A stretch of 39,082 nucleotides of DNA from a virus (taxonomy: Duplodnaviria; Caudoviricetes). Below the pieces are notes generated by a model. That model ran no database searches. It was given only the letters and a program-made list of their open reading frames with translations, and was not told the DNA's origin. A program made the translations under genes and the position numbers. The number at the start of each line of letters is the position of its first letter. The first letter of the stretch is position 1. Below, piece by piece: positions 1-8,793 of this stretch. The DNA lies in IMG/VR virus record IMGVR_UViG_3300032277_000025, positions 1 through 39,082 of that record. One strand, given 5' to 3'.

Positions 1-215
1 TCATCCCCCATTATCTGAGCAAGCGCGGCTCCTATAAGGGCGTTTCCTAGATGGCCAGATAACTCATCCACTCCAATATCCTCATCGTCAATAACGTGCT
101 TCCGGTAACATTTTTTTAGCAATGAAATCCTCTCTGCATCGTCCGGCCCAGCCATGCTGTCGCCGTGATCGCAACAGCATGGCCCTCGGCCTGAATCAGG
201 CTTCGGGCTCATCAT
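1..215 (-). CDS. Hypothetical phage protein, runs off left edge
   Basis: ATG at 215 abuts the stop of the upstream ORF; frame MMSPKPDSGRGPCCCDHG...AQIMGD stays open to position 1. Confidence 0.55.
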   Translation of the reverse strand, partial: MMSPKPDSGRGPCCCDHGDSMAGPDDAERISLLKKCYRKHVIDDEDIGVDELSGHLGNALIGAALAQIMGD

Positions 216-401
216 CTAGTGCGCCTGCCAATCGCAATAAACATTTTTACTGTTGGCTGTATGCCCAAGCTCGGCAGCGCGGGGGTACAGGTGTGCAAAA
301 ACATCTTCATCCGTGCTGTTGTCCGGCACGGTGACGGTTGTGGCTTTTACTCTGTCTGCTCCGGGGATACGGTTAGCCAGCGGTTGTAAAATTACGTTCA
401 T
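216..401 (-). CDS. Hypothetical protein (MNVILQPLANR...)
   Basis: GGAG RBS upstream of ATG at 401; lies in the early operon. Confidence 0.6.
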   Translation of the reverse strand: MNVILQPLANRIPGADRVKATTVTVPDNSTDEDVFAHLYPRAAELGHTANSKNVYCDWQAH

Positions 402-435
402 TTTCTTTCTCCGGTTGCGTGTGTAAATATAATTA

Positions 436-1260
436 TCAGTCCGTACAAAAACACGGCACTGAGTCGTCGTCATCAAAAATAGTTGCTTGTTGTTGCGTCA
501 TCAACTTAATCGCTGTGTAATTTGGCTGGTCGTTCCTGAAGCGTGAGCCGTTGTTTATTTCCTGATCCGCCCACCACTTAACCAGGTCAGGACGATCTCT
601 GACTATGCTAGATTTGGTGCTAAGCCCTTTCAAAAAGCACAGATCGCAATTCCCCCATTTAGTTTTGCCTTTATCGTTCGTTAGTGCTAAATCAAAATCG
701 GATTTGTCCCAAAAATCGCAAACATCTTTTACCGAGTGACCGGCATTGGCAACAGGTAGGATCACATCATCACGATGAGACATTTTTACAACCCGGCGTT
801 GTTCGTCAGTTCTTAACCCAACAACGTTGACCCACTCATCAAAAAACTGGTTCATGTAGTCTCTGATGCGCAAAATTTTTAGTTCCTGTGTGCAAAACCG
901 GGCTACAGGATTGGGTAGATATTTTCGTGCCTTTATCAGCCCTGCAAATGGTTTACCTTTTCGGTCTGCCGTTTCATAGTTCACTACATGGGTTAAATAT
1001 TCATACTTTCTTTTACTGCCTTCTGGCATTTCCTTTGCCTCACACTCTAACCAGACGATGTCAACATTCCAGCGGTCGCCACACTCTTTTACAAAGTCTA
1101 ATGTTTCCGGCATTTCTTTACCGGTGTTTGCAAAAGTGACCTTGCAATGATCGGGTAACGTACCGTTGTGCGCGTCCAAGATTTTGGCCAGCATAAAGCC
1201 GCTGGTTCTGCCGCCAGAAAAAGAGATCGCGCAAGGTTCGGTCATTAAGTAATGGTTCAT
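436..1260 (-). CDS. PAPS-reductase-family (PP-loop) protein with Cys motifs
   Basis: ISFSGGRTS PP-loop, FANTGKE, RFCTQELK, GLRTDE, NCDLCFLK, terminal PCFCTD. Confidence 0.85.
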   Translation of the reverse strand: MNHYLMTEPCAISFSGGRTSGFMLAKILDAHNGTLPDHCKVTFANTGKEMPETLDFVKECGDRWNVDIVWLECEAKEMPEGSKRKYEYLTHVVNYETADRKGKPFAGLIKARKYLPNPVARFCTQELKILRIRDYMNQFFDEWVNVVGLRTDEQRRVVKMSHRDDVILPVANAGHSVKDVCDFWDKSDFDLALTNDKGKTKWGNCDLCFLKGLSTKSSIVRDRPDLVKWWADQEINNGSRFRNDQPNYTAIKLMTQQQATIFDDDDSVPCFCTD

Positions 1261-1476
1261 TTATTTTTTAGATATCCTATCCAAAGCATTCGCTATCAAT
1301 TTAGTGTTAGCGACGTACTCTAAGAGGCGATTTTCAACTTTCTCTTGGTGCTTTTTCCAGTAATCCATGTCTTCCTTGAGGCATTTTTTTGTTGATACCC
1401 TGCAAAGATAAGCGCCGAGGCCCACGCCAACGGCGAACGAAATACCAATACCAAAAGAATAAATCATGTCCCACAT
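1261..1476 (-). CDS. Small membrane protein
   Basis: N-terminal hydrophobic helix, GGAGG RBS, abuts next gene. Confidence 0.7.
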   Translation of the reverse strand: MWDMIYSFGIGISFAVGVGLGAYLCRVSTKKCLKEDMDYWKKHQEKVENRLLEYVANTKLIANALDRISKK

Positions 1477-1485
1477 ATTTACCTC

Positions 1486-1932
1486 CTAGAACGGAATGTC
1501 ATCATCAAAATCACCCAATCCAGGCGCTGCGGATGGTTGCCGTTGCGGGGCAGCGCTTAATGGCTGGCCGGGTGACTGATTGGCGCTGCCACCACCCCGG
1601 CTGTCCAACATTTGCATTTCATTGGCAATAATCTCGGTGGTGTAGCGGTCGTTACCGCTTTGATCTTGCCACTTACGGGTTTGCAGTTTGCCTTCGATGT
1701 AAACCTTGGAGCCTTTTTTTAAATACTCTCCAGCAATCTCAGCCAAGCGACGAAAAAACACTATCCGATGCCATTCGGTATTTTCCTTTTGTTCGCCAGT
1801 ATTCTTGTCTTTCCAGCTTTCACTGGTGGCCACAGTGATGTTTGCTACAGCTCCGCCATTGGGCATGTATTTAACCTCGGGGTCTTGCCCCAAATTACCG
1901 ATCAGGATGACTTTGTTTATGCCGCGCGCCAT
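1486..1932 (-). CDS. ssb: Single-stranded DNA-binding protein
   Basis: [41 protein letters not shown]-terminal DDDIPF. Confidence 0.99.
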   Translation of the reverse strand: MARGINKVILIGNLGQDPEVKYMPNGGAVANITVATSESWKDKNTGEQKENTEWHRIVFFRRLAEIAGEYLKKGSKVYIEGKLQTRKWQDQSGNDRYTTEIIANEMQMLDSRGGGSANQSPGQPLSAAPQRQPSAAPGLGDFDDDIPF

Positions 1933-1963
1933 GCTTATTACCCTTTGATTGATTTGTTAATTT

Positions 1964-2539
1964 TTAGGCTGGATGCTTTTCATAGTGGTCTTGGATGGCC
2001 CAGTAAACATTAGCGCATGCCATGGTATCCACCCATGCGGAATGAGCATTCTGAATATCGACCCCTGTGAAATACTTGTGAGCTTCTTGTAGGCTTGGTT
2101 GTTTGCCGCCCATGATCTTGCGCGCAGCTAACATGGTACATATCCACTCAGAGCCTTGTGAGCCTTCTTTCCATCGGTCAATTGTTTTATCGTCAGAATA
2201 ACGTTTTGTCGCAATACGAATGATGCGATTATCAAACGTAGTGTTGTGCGCAATGCGAGTGCGACCACCCCACAATTCCAAAAACATATCAATCGCCATC
2301 GGTTCAGGTATTCCCACATCCATTGCTTGCTCTAATGTGATTCCGTGGATATCGATAGTTTCTTGCGGAATATCCCAGCCGTCTGGCCGAACAATGACAT
2401 TCATGCTTTGCACCACTTGGTGCGTATCTTCATCAAAAAGCGCAGCAGCTAGCTGAACTATGTGTGGCTGCGCTTTATCGCCTGATGGTATTTTCCAATC
2501 TGGAATCCCGGTCGTTTCTGTGTCGAATGCTAAAATCAT
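1964..2539 (-). CDS. DEDDh 3'-5' exonuclease (DnaQ-like)
   Basis: FDTETTG (ExoI), AHNTTFD (ExoII), AHSAWVD (ExoIII). Confidence 0.93.
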   Translation of the reverse strand: MILAFDTETTGIPDWKIPSGDKAQPHIVQLAAALFDEDTHQVVQSMNVIVRPDGWDIPQETIDIHGITLEQAMDVGIPEPMAIDMFLELWGGRTRIAHNTTFDNRIIRIATKRYSDDKTIDRWKEGSQGSEWICTMLAARKIMGGKQPSLQEAHKYFTGVDIQNAHSAWVDTMACANVYWAIQDHYEKHPA

Positions 2540-2568
2540 TATAATGATCCTCTGTTTATAGTTAACTA

Positions 2569-2841
2569 CTATTTTCCACCGAAATTAACGGTGAACTCTA
2601 CCGACGCCATGTTTATATCAGTCCCGTCTATGTTGTCTAACGGCTCTGGTATGCTGCTTAAATGCGACATTTTTAGTGACAGCTTCCAGTTTTTTTCCTC
2701 ATACAGCGAGGTTTCTATTCGCATGATTCCGACAGGGCTAATGAATACATTTTCATTTTCTGCGTAGCCTGCACCAACAGTGAAGCTAGCGCCGTTAATG
2801 ATCGTTGAAAATATAAACGGTATGGCTATTATTATTTCCAC
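2569..2841 (-). CDS. Hypothetical beta-rich, possibly outer-membrane protein
   Basis: Operonic ORF, hydrophobic N-terminus, alternating beta-strand pattern, HLSS motif. Confidence 0.6.
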   Translation of the reverse strand: MEIIIAIPFIFSTIINGASFTVGAGYAENENVFISPVGIMRIETSLYEEKNWKLSLKMSHLSSIPEPLDNIDGTDINMASVEFTVNFGGK

Positions 2842-2852
2842 AATGATATTTC

Positions 2853-4559
2853 CTATTTTTTATATCGAGAAAAAGAGACATTGACGTTGCTGATTTTCCC
2901 GAGAATCAAAAGCTTGGCTATTTTTTTGGCTGACTGTTGGCCAACGCCATTGTTGATCAGGCTAACCATGATGTTTCTTTCTGTGGCGTCTTTGTCTATC
3001 TCTGGACGATCCAATGGGTCAGCATAAAAAGTAGTAACTTCTGGCACTACAACTGCCTGCTGCTCCTTTCTGCTGGGCCGATCTTCGACAGACTCCTCAT
3101 GAATTCGCTTGCGTTCAGCATTAGCAGCTTCTTCGTTTCTGGCTCGCTTAGCTGCTTCTTCTGCCTCATCGGTGATGCGCTCTTGCTCGGCCTTGGCGCG
3201 CTGCTCTTCTTCCTGGCGGATACGATCACGATCAGCCTGCAATCGCGCCTCTTCGGCTTCTTTGTGCTCGGCAATGCGTAACTTAACCAATGCCGTCAGG
3301 TCGTCATTTTCCTTGGTGATTATTTGCAGCACATCAGAAAATAAAAACTTGTAGTCAGCAGCCAAGTCGCGAAGGGTTTTTAGGTTTAGCTGAATCTTGT
3401 CGGCTATAGAATTGGCTTCTATTTTTGCCCTTGCCAGCTCTGAAGACACCGCATTTTCCCGGCTGGACATTGTTTTCAGGCCTTTGCATACACCGATAAA
3501 ATCAGCGGCCATCACGGGCATGTAATTATTTCCCAGACGATTATTCAGTCCTTTGATATGCTCCTCAAAGGCATTTTTTCCGTTTAAAATAATTTCTTCT
3601 TTGCGAGCCTTTTCCCTAACGGTGACTGTGCGATTTAGGCCTAAACGTGTCGATCTAGATTCTTCTTTGATGTCATCAATAGTCCGAAACAGATCATCAA
3701 TACTGGCTGTTTGGCTAAGCGCATGGTTTTTTGCGGCCTCCAATTTTTCCTCAACTCCACTCAGCCATTTAACCGTTTTTTTGGCGTCTTCAAAATCCTG
3801 GTCTGTTTGCAGGTCGGTGTTAATGCTATTGATGACTGCAAGCGATTGCTCTCTAAACTCGACCATGTTGGATTCTGTAACCATGCCAGTCACCTCAATG
3901 CGTAACGCTGGCAGTGACTCAGGTGTTCTTCCAACAACTTCAACAACTGGTTCTACGTGCTGATAGTTCTGAGCGTCTTCTTCAAGCTGAGCCCATACAG
4001 GAATGATTTGATCACGCAATTCTTTGTTTGATTCATACCAGCAGTGCTTTTCTTCTATGAGGTTGTCGTTTTCATCCCATTTTGATGCCATAAACAATGT
4101 TTTTTCAGCACCATTAATCAACATCCCTTGTTCCATTTGTGGATGGTATTGCTCGGGGATAATTCCATTATCAAGATACCCTGAGACTTTGGCGTTCAGA
4201 GTTTTATGCTCAAAATTAATAGTGTCGTCTGCTGTAGCCCCATCAAGTGATGATGATAGCGGTCTCTTTAGCTCATCAATATTCACTGACACGGTTATCG
4301 GGTATAGGTCAGAACCAATAATTTCTTCAGCCAATGGCCGTGCCAATGCCTCAAATCGATGACCGTCGTCAAAACGTTTTTGTTTGGCAGTATCTATTTC
4401 CTCTGTGACCCCGGTCGCCACCTCCCTGATAAATTCTGAGCGTGATTTATAGGGGCTTTCATTCTTGGCTGAAGCCAGGTCCGAGGAGTTGTTGCATCCG
4501 GCCCGATAGGCTAACCATTCTGGCGAGCCTTGTACTAAATCATGTATTTGATAACTCAT
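2853..4559 (-). CDS. YqaJ-family (lambda-exo-like) nuclease with long coiled-coil C-terminus
   Basis: QGSPEWLAYR, GHRFEALAR, SLDG, EHK, Q-x3-G motifs; next to recT. Confidence 0.92.
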   Translation of the reverse strand: MSYQIHDLVQGSPEWLAYRAGCNNSSDLASAKNESPYKSRSEFIREVATGVTEEIDTAKQKRFDDGHRFEALARPLAEEIIGSDLYPITVSVNIDELKRPLSSSLDGATADDTINFEHKTLNAKVSGYLDNGIIPEQYHPQMEQGMLINGAEKTLFMASKWDENDNLIEEKHCWYESNKELRDQIIPVWAQLEEDAQNYQHVEPVVEVVGRTPESLPALRIEVTGMVTESNMVEFREQSLAVINSINTDLQTDQDFEDAKKTVKWLSGVEEKLEAAKNHALSQTASIDDLFRTIDDIKEESRSTRLGLNRTVTVREKARKEEIILNGKNAFEEHIKGLNNRLGNNYMPVMAADFIGVCKGLKTMSSRENAVSSELARAKIEANSIADKIQLNLKTLRDLAADYKFLFSDVLQIITKENDDLTALVKLRIAEHKEAEEARLQADRDRIRQEEEQRAKAEQERITDEAEEAAKRARNEEAANAERKRIHEESVEDRPSRKEQQAVVVPEVTTFYADPLDRPEIDKDATERNIMVSLINNGVGQQSAKKIAKLLILGKISNVNVSFSRYKK

Positions 4560-4560
4560 T

Positions 4561-5670
4561 TTATTTACCCGCCATTTTTTCTTTGATGTTTTTGTATGTT
4601 TCCATCAATACTTTACGCTGATCACTATCTGAAACTTCAGCAATAAGGTCGGCAGCCAAATCAAGACCATCAACATCTTTTGCCATTTCCAACTTTTTCC
4701 GAACCTGATCAAAACTGACATCTTCTTCGATATTTTCAATCGGCGCTTTGATCTCTGCCTTTTGGTTTTCGGTGAGCGGTGCTTTTGAGTTAGCCATAGC
4801 AATAATCTGATCGGCTGTTTTTTTGTTATTAGCGATCAGCTCTCTCCATTTAGGCAGGTTTTTTTCAAACTCATCATTCGGGAAAAAATCTTTTTTGGCT
4901 TCTGTCGCTGGCTTTGATTTTTGGAAATCCTCCTGGCCCTTCGGATCGTCATCTATGTCAATCACAACCCCGTCTTCGATTACGACGCCATGCCCTGACT
5001 CTGCTGCATTTGACACGTCGAGAGCATTTCCTAACTCAATTGATGCGGGCATGTACTTGAGCACCTGCATTAGCGGGATTTTTCGGCAGTACATTTCCCA
5101 GTTATCAAATGAATAATGTGACTTTCCGACTTTGTTGTATTTATCTCGATGGACGGTTATTTTCTTAACGCTCCAGAGCTCGATAATTGGGATTTCTGAC
5201 CCCTTTACTCTGCCTATCGCGAACGCATGAGTAATATCAATCGGACTGAGCATGTCAGATTCGTTGTGCACCACTAAATCACGAGTGGCACCATCTTTGT
5301 AGGTGTAGTCCTGGTCTTTATATATCACCCCCGTATAGACCGTTCCTCGACCGCTACGGGATACCAAATCAACAAGCCCGCGCCACCCAGGCACGAACGT
5401 GCATGTCCCTTTGTATGGGACAAGATACCCAGCACCATTGACGCCGGGTTCAAGACCAAGCTGACCAGCAGTCATGATTGATGCGGCAATGCTTTTTGTT
5501 GAGCACTCTTGTAGTTTCTGGTTTGTGCTAAACGCCGTTAGTGCCAACCTAGCCATTCTGTCGGCGCTCATGTGCTTTGGGACTGCAAGCTCTATCTGTG
5601 GCTTTAATTTATCTAAAAAGCCAGACATTTCTTTAACGCTAGGTGTTGACACTTCCTGTCTCATTTCCAT
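4561..5670 (-). CDS. recT: RecT-family ssDNA-annealing recombinase
   Basis: QLGLEPG, YLVPYKG, GWRGLVDLVSRSG, M-x2-K..LKYMPAS motifs. Confidence 0.93.
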   Translation of the reverse strand: MEMRQEVSTPSVKEMSGFLDKLKPQIELAVPKHMSADRMARLALTAFSTNQKLQECSTKSIAASIMTAGQLGLEPGVNGAGYLVPYKGTCTFVPGWRGLVDLVSRSGRGTVYTGVIYKDQDYTYKDGATRDLVVHNESDMLSPIDITHAFAIGRVKGSEIPIIELWSVKKITVHRDKYNKVGKSHYSFDNWEMYCRKIPLMQVLKYMPASIELGNALDVSNAAESGHGVVIEDGVVIDIDDDPKGQEDFQKSKPATEAKKDFFPNDEFEKNLPKWRELIANNKKTADQIIAMANSKAPLTENQKAEIKAPIENIEEDVSFDQVRKKLEMAKDVDGLDLAADLIAEVSDSDQRKVLMETYKNIKEKMAGK

Positions 5671-5712
5671 ACCTCAAATAATTTTTAAAATTAGGTTTAG
5701 CGATGTTCGATG

Positions 5713-5994
5713 TTATTTTGGTGGATTCAGCATCGCGCTAACTTCGCGCACCTGTCCGGCCATCAATGAAATCAACTGTTTTTCAACTTCGTTTCCAGGT
5801 GTGAACTGAGAAGCAGCATCAATCATCGTGTCACGCAATTCTGCGCACTTCGCAATCCAGTCTGACCGGTCATCAGTTATCGCGATGAATAGTCGCCTCT
5901 GCTCCAGTGCGCCGGCATTCAGCTCGCCTGCTGCAAACATCTTTGCGGCCTGCACGTTTTTATTGTCTTCCGGCTGTTTATTCAGGCTGCTCAT
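5713..5994 (-). CDS. Hypothetical protein
   Basis: Operonic ORF overlapping upstream gene, GGAAG RBS. Confidence 0.7.
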   Translation of the reverse strand: MSSLNKQPEDNKNVQAAKMFAAGELNAGALEQRRLFIAITDDRSDWIAKCAELRDTMIDAASQFTPGNEVEKQLISLMAGQVREVSAMLNPPK

Positions 5995-6277
5995 TTTCTT
6001 CCACCTTGATCATTCGGGCTTGCAATTTGCTTAACTCGGAAATAAATTCCTCCGCGTCCGCTATTGATGTTGAAAACGCGGCATCGATAGCCTCGTGGGC
6101 GGAGTCGCCGTGACCTTGGGCTAGGTTCATCATGATCGATGCGTTCGGTGGCTCTATACAGGCATGCCACGGGTTCCCGCTTGTTGATTCTTTTACAAAA
6201 CCAATTTTTTGGTCATCCACATAAATATAGAATTTTTCAATGGTTTCTTCGGTTGCTTTTTTCAGTTTCATGGCCAT
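5978..6277 (-). CDS. Hypothetical protein
   Basis: Operonic ORF in early leftward transcript. Confidence 0.7.
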   Translation of the reverse strand: MAMKLKKATEETIEKFYIYVDDQKIGFVKESTSGNPWHACIEPPNASIMMNLAQGHGDSAHEAIDAAFSTSIADAEEFISELSKLQARMIKVEENEQPE

Positions 6278-6284
6278 TTTTTAG

Positions 6285-6416
6285 TTACCCTATTATTTTT
6301 GGTTTGATGTTCTTCGCAATCCATAACGATCACCCCAGACAGAGCCAACATGCGCACGATGCCTTGGCAAAAATCACACCGACCAGCAAGCCGGGGAAAA
6401 AAGATTCCCAGTTCAT
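6285..6416 (-). pseudogene. Small membrane ORF, 28 aa, or 43 aa with an internal TGA at 6330-6332
   Basis: MNWESFFPGLLVGVIFAKASCACWLCLG*SLWIAKNIKPKIIG*; fills the gap between neighbours. Confidence 0.3.
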
Positions 6417-6417
6417 A

Positions 6418-6612
6418 TCAGTCGGTCACCCGATGCCAGATGCGGGTAAACGTTTCGTCTTGTTTTTCGCTGATTCCTGCTTTAGCCTCAATTTTCAGGC
6501 TGATGGAATCGATAAAATTAGTTTCCCAGTCCGATAGCTTTGATTCCCGATTGATGATGTCGGTGAGCATAATTTCCAGATCGTCTTGGCTGGTGTATCC
6601 CGTGTTACCCAT
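6418..6612 (-). CDS. Small phage protein (LSDWETNFIDSI...SEKQ type)
   Basis: TAATG coupling to the upstream ORF at 6612; motif familiar from phage hypotheticals. Confidence 0.75.
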   Translation of the reverse strand: MGNTGYTSQDDLEIMLTDIINRESKLSDWETNFIDSISLKIEAKAGISEKQDETFTRIWHRVTD

Positions 6613-6707
6613 TAACCGTCTCCCCATGTTTCGCAAATGAACGCCCCAGCCATGCAAGGCATCAGGATGCCGAGAGTGTAAACGCAGAGCATGAATAGGT
6701 TATCCAT
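6612..6707 (-). CDS. 31-aa hydrophobic peptide (MDNLFMLCVYTLGILMPCMAGAFICETWGDG)
   Basis: Overlaps both neighbours in translational-coupling fashion. Confidence 0.5.
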   Translation of the reverse strand: MDNLFMLCVYTLGILMPCMAGAFICETWGDG

Positions 6708-6888
6708 GTGAATGATCTTCCTTGCTGCGCGCCTCACGCTCGGCGGGAGTCCATTCGTGGCGCAATCTCTGCACCCTAGGAATTGACGGAGCGCCTATGT
6801 GAGATGCAAAGGTCAATGCGACTAATGCGATCACTGGTATCAGAGCGATGATGAGCAGGCCCAGCAGGTAGTAGGTGATGACTGTCAT
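6700..6888 (-). CDS. Small membrane protein, first gene of pL operon
   Basis: One TM helix; directly downstream of predicted pL. Confidence 0.7.
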   Translation of the reverse strand: MTVITYYLLGLLIIALIPVIALVALTFASHIGAPSIPRVQRLRHEWTPAEREARSKEDHSHG

Positions 6889-6918
6889 ATTCCGTTCCGT
6901 TTGTGAGCTGACGGATCA

Positions 6919-6959
6919 ATCATGAAGAAGACTTCGCAGCATGTCAAGAAGAAAACTTC
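6919..6959 (-). promoter_or_regulatory. pL promoter with two operators (OL)
   Basis: Minus strand TTGACA(6947-6942)-17-CATGAT(6924-6919); GAAG-N4-CTTC palindromes at 6924-6935 and 6948-6959. Confidence 0.85.
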
Positions 6960-7214
6960 GCGCAATAGCTAAATTTTTCTGCAAAATTCAAGAAAAGGTT
7001 AGGAGGTTGGCGTTTTTTTGGGGCAGTTATCCCGCTTGGTAGGGAAGGGGCAGAAATATTGCCGAAAAAACAACGAGGTGGTACCGTTATTTGAGGGCGA
7101 CACTAAGAAAGGATGCGCGTAAATTAATCTCTGATAGCCTGCAACTGCTGCCAAAAACCGCGCACAAAATTTACCCGCCATAATTATATTACGGCTTACA
7201 TGGAGTTCGATTCA

Positions 7215-7847
7215 ATGCGATATTTGATGATTGTATTTGCTGTTCTTGCTTTGAGCGCCACTGCAAATGCAGAGCTACCTTATAATGGAAACAGAGTGAT
7301 TAGCATTACTACTATTTATGAAGATAGAATAAATACAGCTCCTGTGGAGTCATGCGAAGATGCAACTCCATTAATTTTTATCGGTGCCGTTGCGGGCCTT
7401 CTTGAATCAATGATTCCTGATGATGCGAAAGAAATATTGAAATTTAAAACGAGCTTTCATGATGTTCAAAGAAAATATGACGGGAGGCCTGCCTTTGCTG
7501 CTGAATATGAAATTATTGGGCATGTAAAACCCTTTACCTATAAAATAATATTTTCTGCTTTAGATGCAAAAAATAACTTAATATTTAAAGTGGAGAACAT
7601 TTCTGGAAGCTTGTTAGACGAGGGGGAAACAAGAACTCAAAAGGAGATCGTGTCTGGCATATGCAGCTCAATTCAAGAAGTAAGAAAGAAGAGCAATTTA
7701 ACTGAAGAAACAACGATAGAAAGTGAAATTCGAGAGTTTTCAAAACGAGAGTATCCGAATGACTCTAGGATGCAGAAGTACACATATAAAAAACAGATGG
7801 CCGCATACAATTATAAAGATTGGCCGCTAACTCATCTTTGCCCATGA
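7215..7847 (+). CDS. Exported accessory protein, probably 3'-truncated
   Basis: GGAG RBS; signal peptide MRYLMIVFAVLALSATANA; AT-rich; 83-bp convergent overlap with dinD-like gene. Confidence 0.7.
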   Translation: MRYLMIVFAVLALSATANAELPYNGNRVISITTIYEDRINTAPVESCEDATPLIFIGAVAGLLESMIPDDAKEILKFKTSFHDVQRKYDGRPAFAAEYEIIGHVKPFTYKIIFSALDAKNNLIFKVENISGSLLDEGETRTQKEIVSGICSSIQEVRKKSNLTEETTIESEIREFSKREYPNDSRMQKYTYKKQMAAYNYKDWPLTHLCP

Positions 7848-8445
7848 AGTCTAAAAGTGTTCTTCCTTTCTTTTCCAGACCTTTGTATTTTTTTAACTGA
7901 TTCAGGTTCATGTTGTACATGCCTCTATATCCGGCATTCTGAAAAAGAGCATAGCCATCTTTAGATACACCGGCTTCGCTGGCTGCATTACTGAGTGTTT
8001 TCTCATGCTGTGATATCTCATCACGAATCAGCACACGCTCAACTTCAGCGGAATCATCGACATACCGCCGTATTGTTTCGGCTGTAGCGGCAAAGAATGC
8101 TTGCGCTTGCGCTACCTTTAGTTTTTTGTTGTCCGCATTCATTGCGACCAGATAGCAAGCAAATCTTGATAATTTAAAATCAGTTTGTTCTCGGCCATCG
8201 ATTTCATGGCGAACCTGTTGGAAATTCTCATAGATATCAATTTCGAGCGTCATGCAGGTTGTCATTGCCCGGTTTATCGCTTTCTTGAATGACTGGTACG
8301 ACTCATAGCCAAGCATCTTCATGTAATCGCTTGCATACCAATATGTGAATCCATTTTCTTGGGCTATGTCATTGAAATTTATATTTTTATCATCGAAATG
8401 AAATATGTCTATTTCGGCGAAATCTAATTCATTTTGGTCGTGCAT
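7765..8445 (-). CDS. dinD: DinD/BRO-N-like DNA-damage-inducible protein, C-terminally truncated
   Basis: YWYASD..LGY, DFKLSRFACYLVAMNAD, AQAFFA, FQNAGYRGMY, LLDFMGKDELAANL; then diverges. Confidence 0.8.
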   Translation of the reverse strand: MHDQNELDFAEIDIFHFDDKNINFNDIAQENGFTYWYASDYMKMLGYESYQSFKKAINRAMTTCMTLEIDIYENFQQVRHEIDGREQTDFKLSRFACYLVAMNADNKKLKVAQAQAFFAATAETIRRYVDDSAEVERVLIRDEISQHEKTLSNAASEAGVSKDGYALFQNAGYRGMYNMNLNQLKKYKGLEKKGRTLLDFMGKDELAANLYNCMRPSVFYMCTSAS

Positions 8446-8474
8446 GATGGTTTCCGCTTAATATCCAATGGTTT

Positions 8475-8540
8475 AGTATACTGGTATATCAGTATACTAG
8501 TATATCAGTATGGCGAGTATGGCGAGTATGGCGAGTATGG
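8475..8540. repeat. Compound tandem repeat: 2 x AGTATACTRGTATATC then about 3.8 x AGTATGGCG
   Basis: Read directly: 8475-8506 and 8507-8540. Confidence 0.95.
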
Positions 8541-8708
8541 ACACGGCCACTAATCAGTAATCATATGGCCGCGTAGTCGCACATGAAAGGCTGATCAAGA
8601 CCGTTTTGTCCCATTAGTCAAGTTTTGGGGTTACTTAAGGGGCGATAAATTGAGGAAACAGCCGCATATTTCATGCGGGAAAAATCCATCTATCTTATTG
8701 ATTTCTCT

Positions 8709-8733
8709 CAAAACAACGAAATTCGTTGTTTTG
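8709..8733. repeat. Perfect inverted repeat CAAAACAACGAA-A-TTCGTTGTTTTG
   Basis: 12-bp arms, 1-nt centre, intergenic. Confidence 0.9.
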
Positions 8734-8793
8734 GAATTTCTATTCCAGCAAGGCGAGTTAGTACCATGCTTGAGCATGACACTTAAGTCTTTA

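Noticed and set aside
6330-6332. TGA recoding (alternative genetic code)
   Set aside because: TGA is the normal stop of many genes, including ATGA overlaps
8475-8510. SOS box upstream of the dinD-like gene
   Set aside because: Spacing is CTG-N6-CAG, not CTG-N10-CAG; kept only as a repeat
8475-8540. CRISPR array
   Set aside because: Units are 9-16 bp with no spacers and no cas genes
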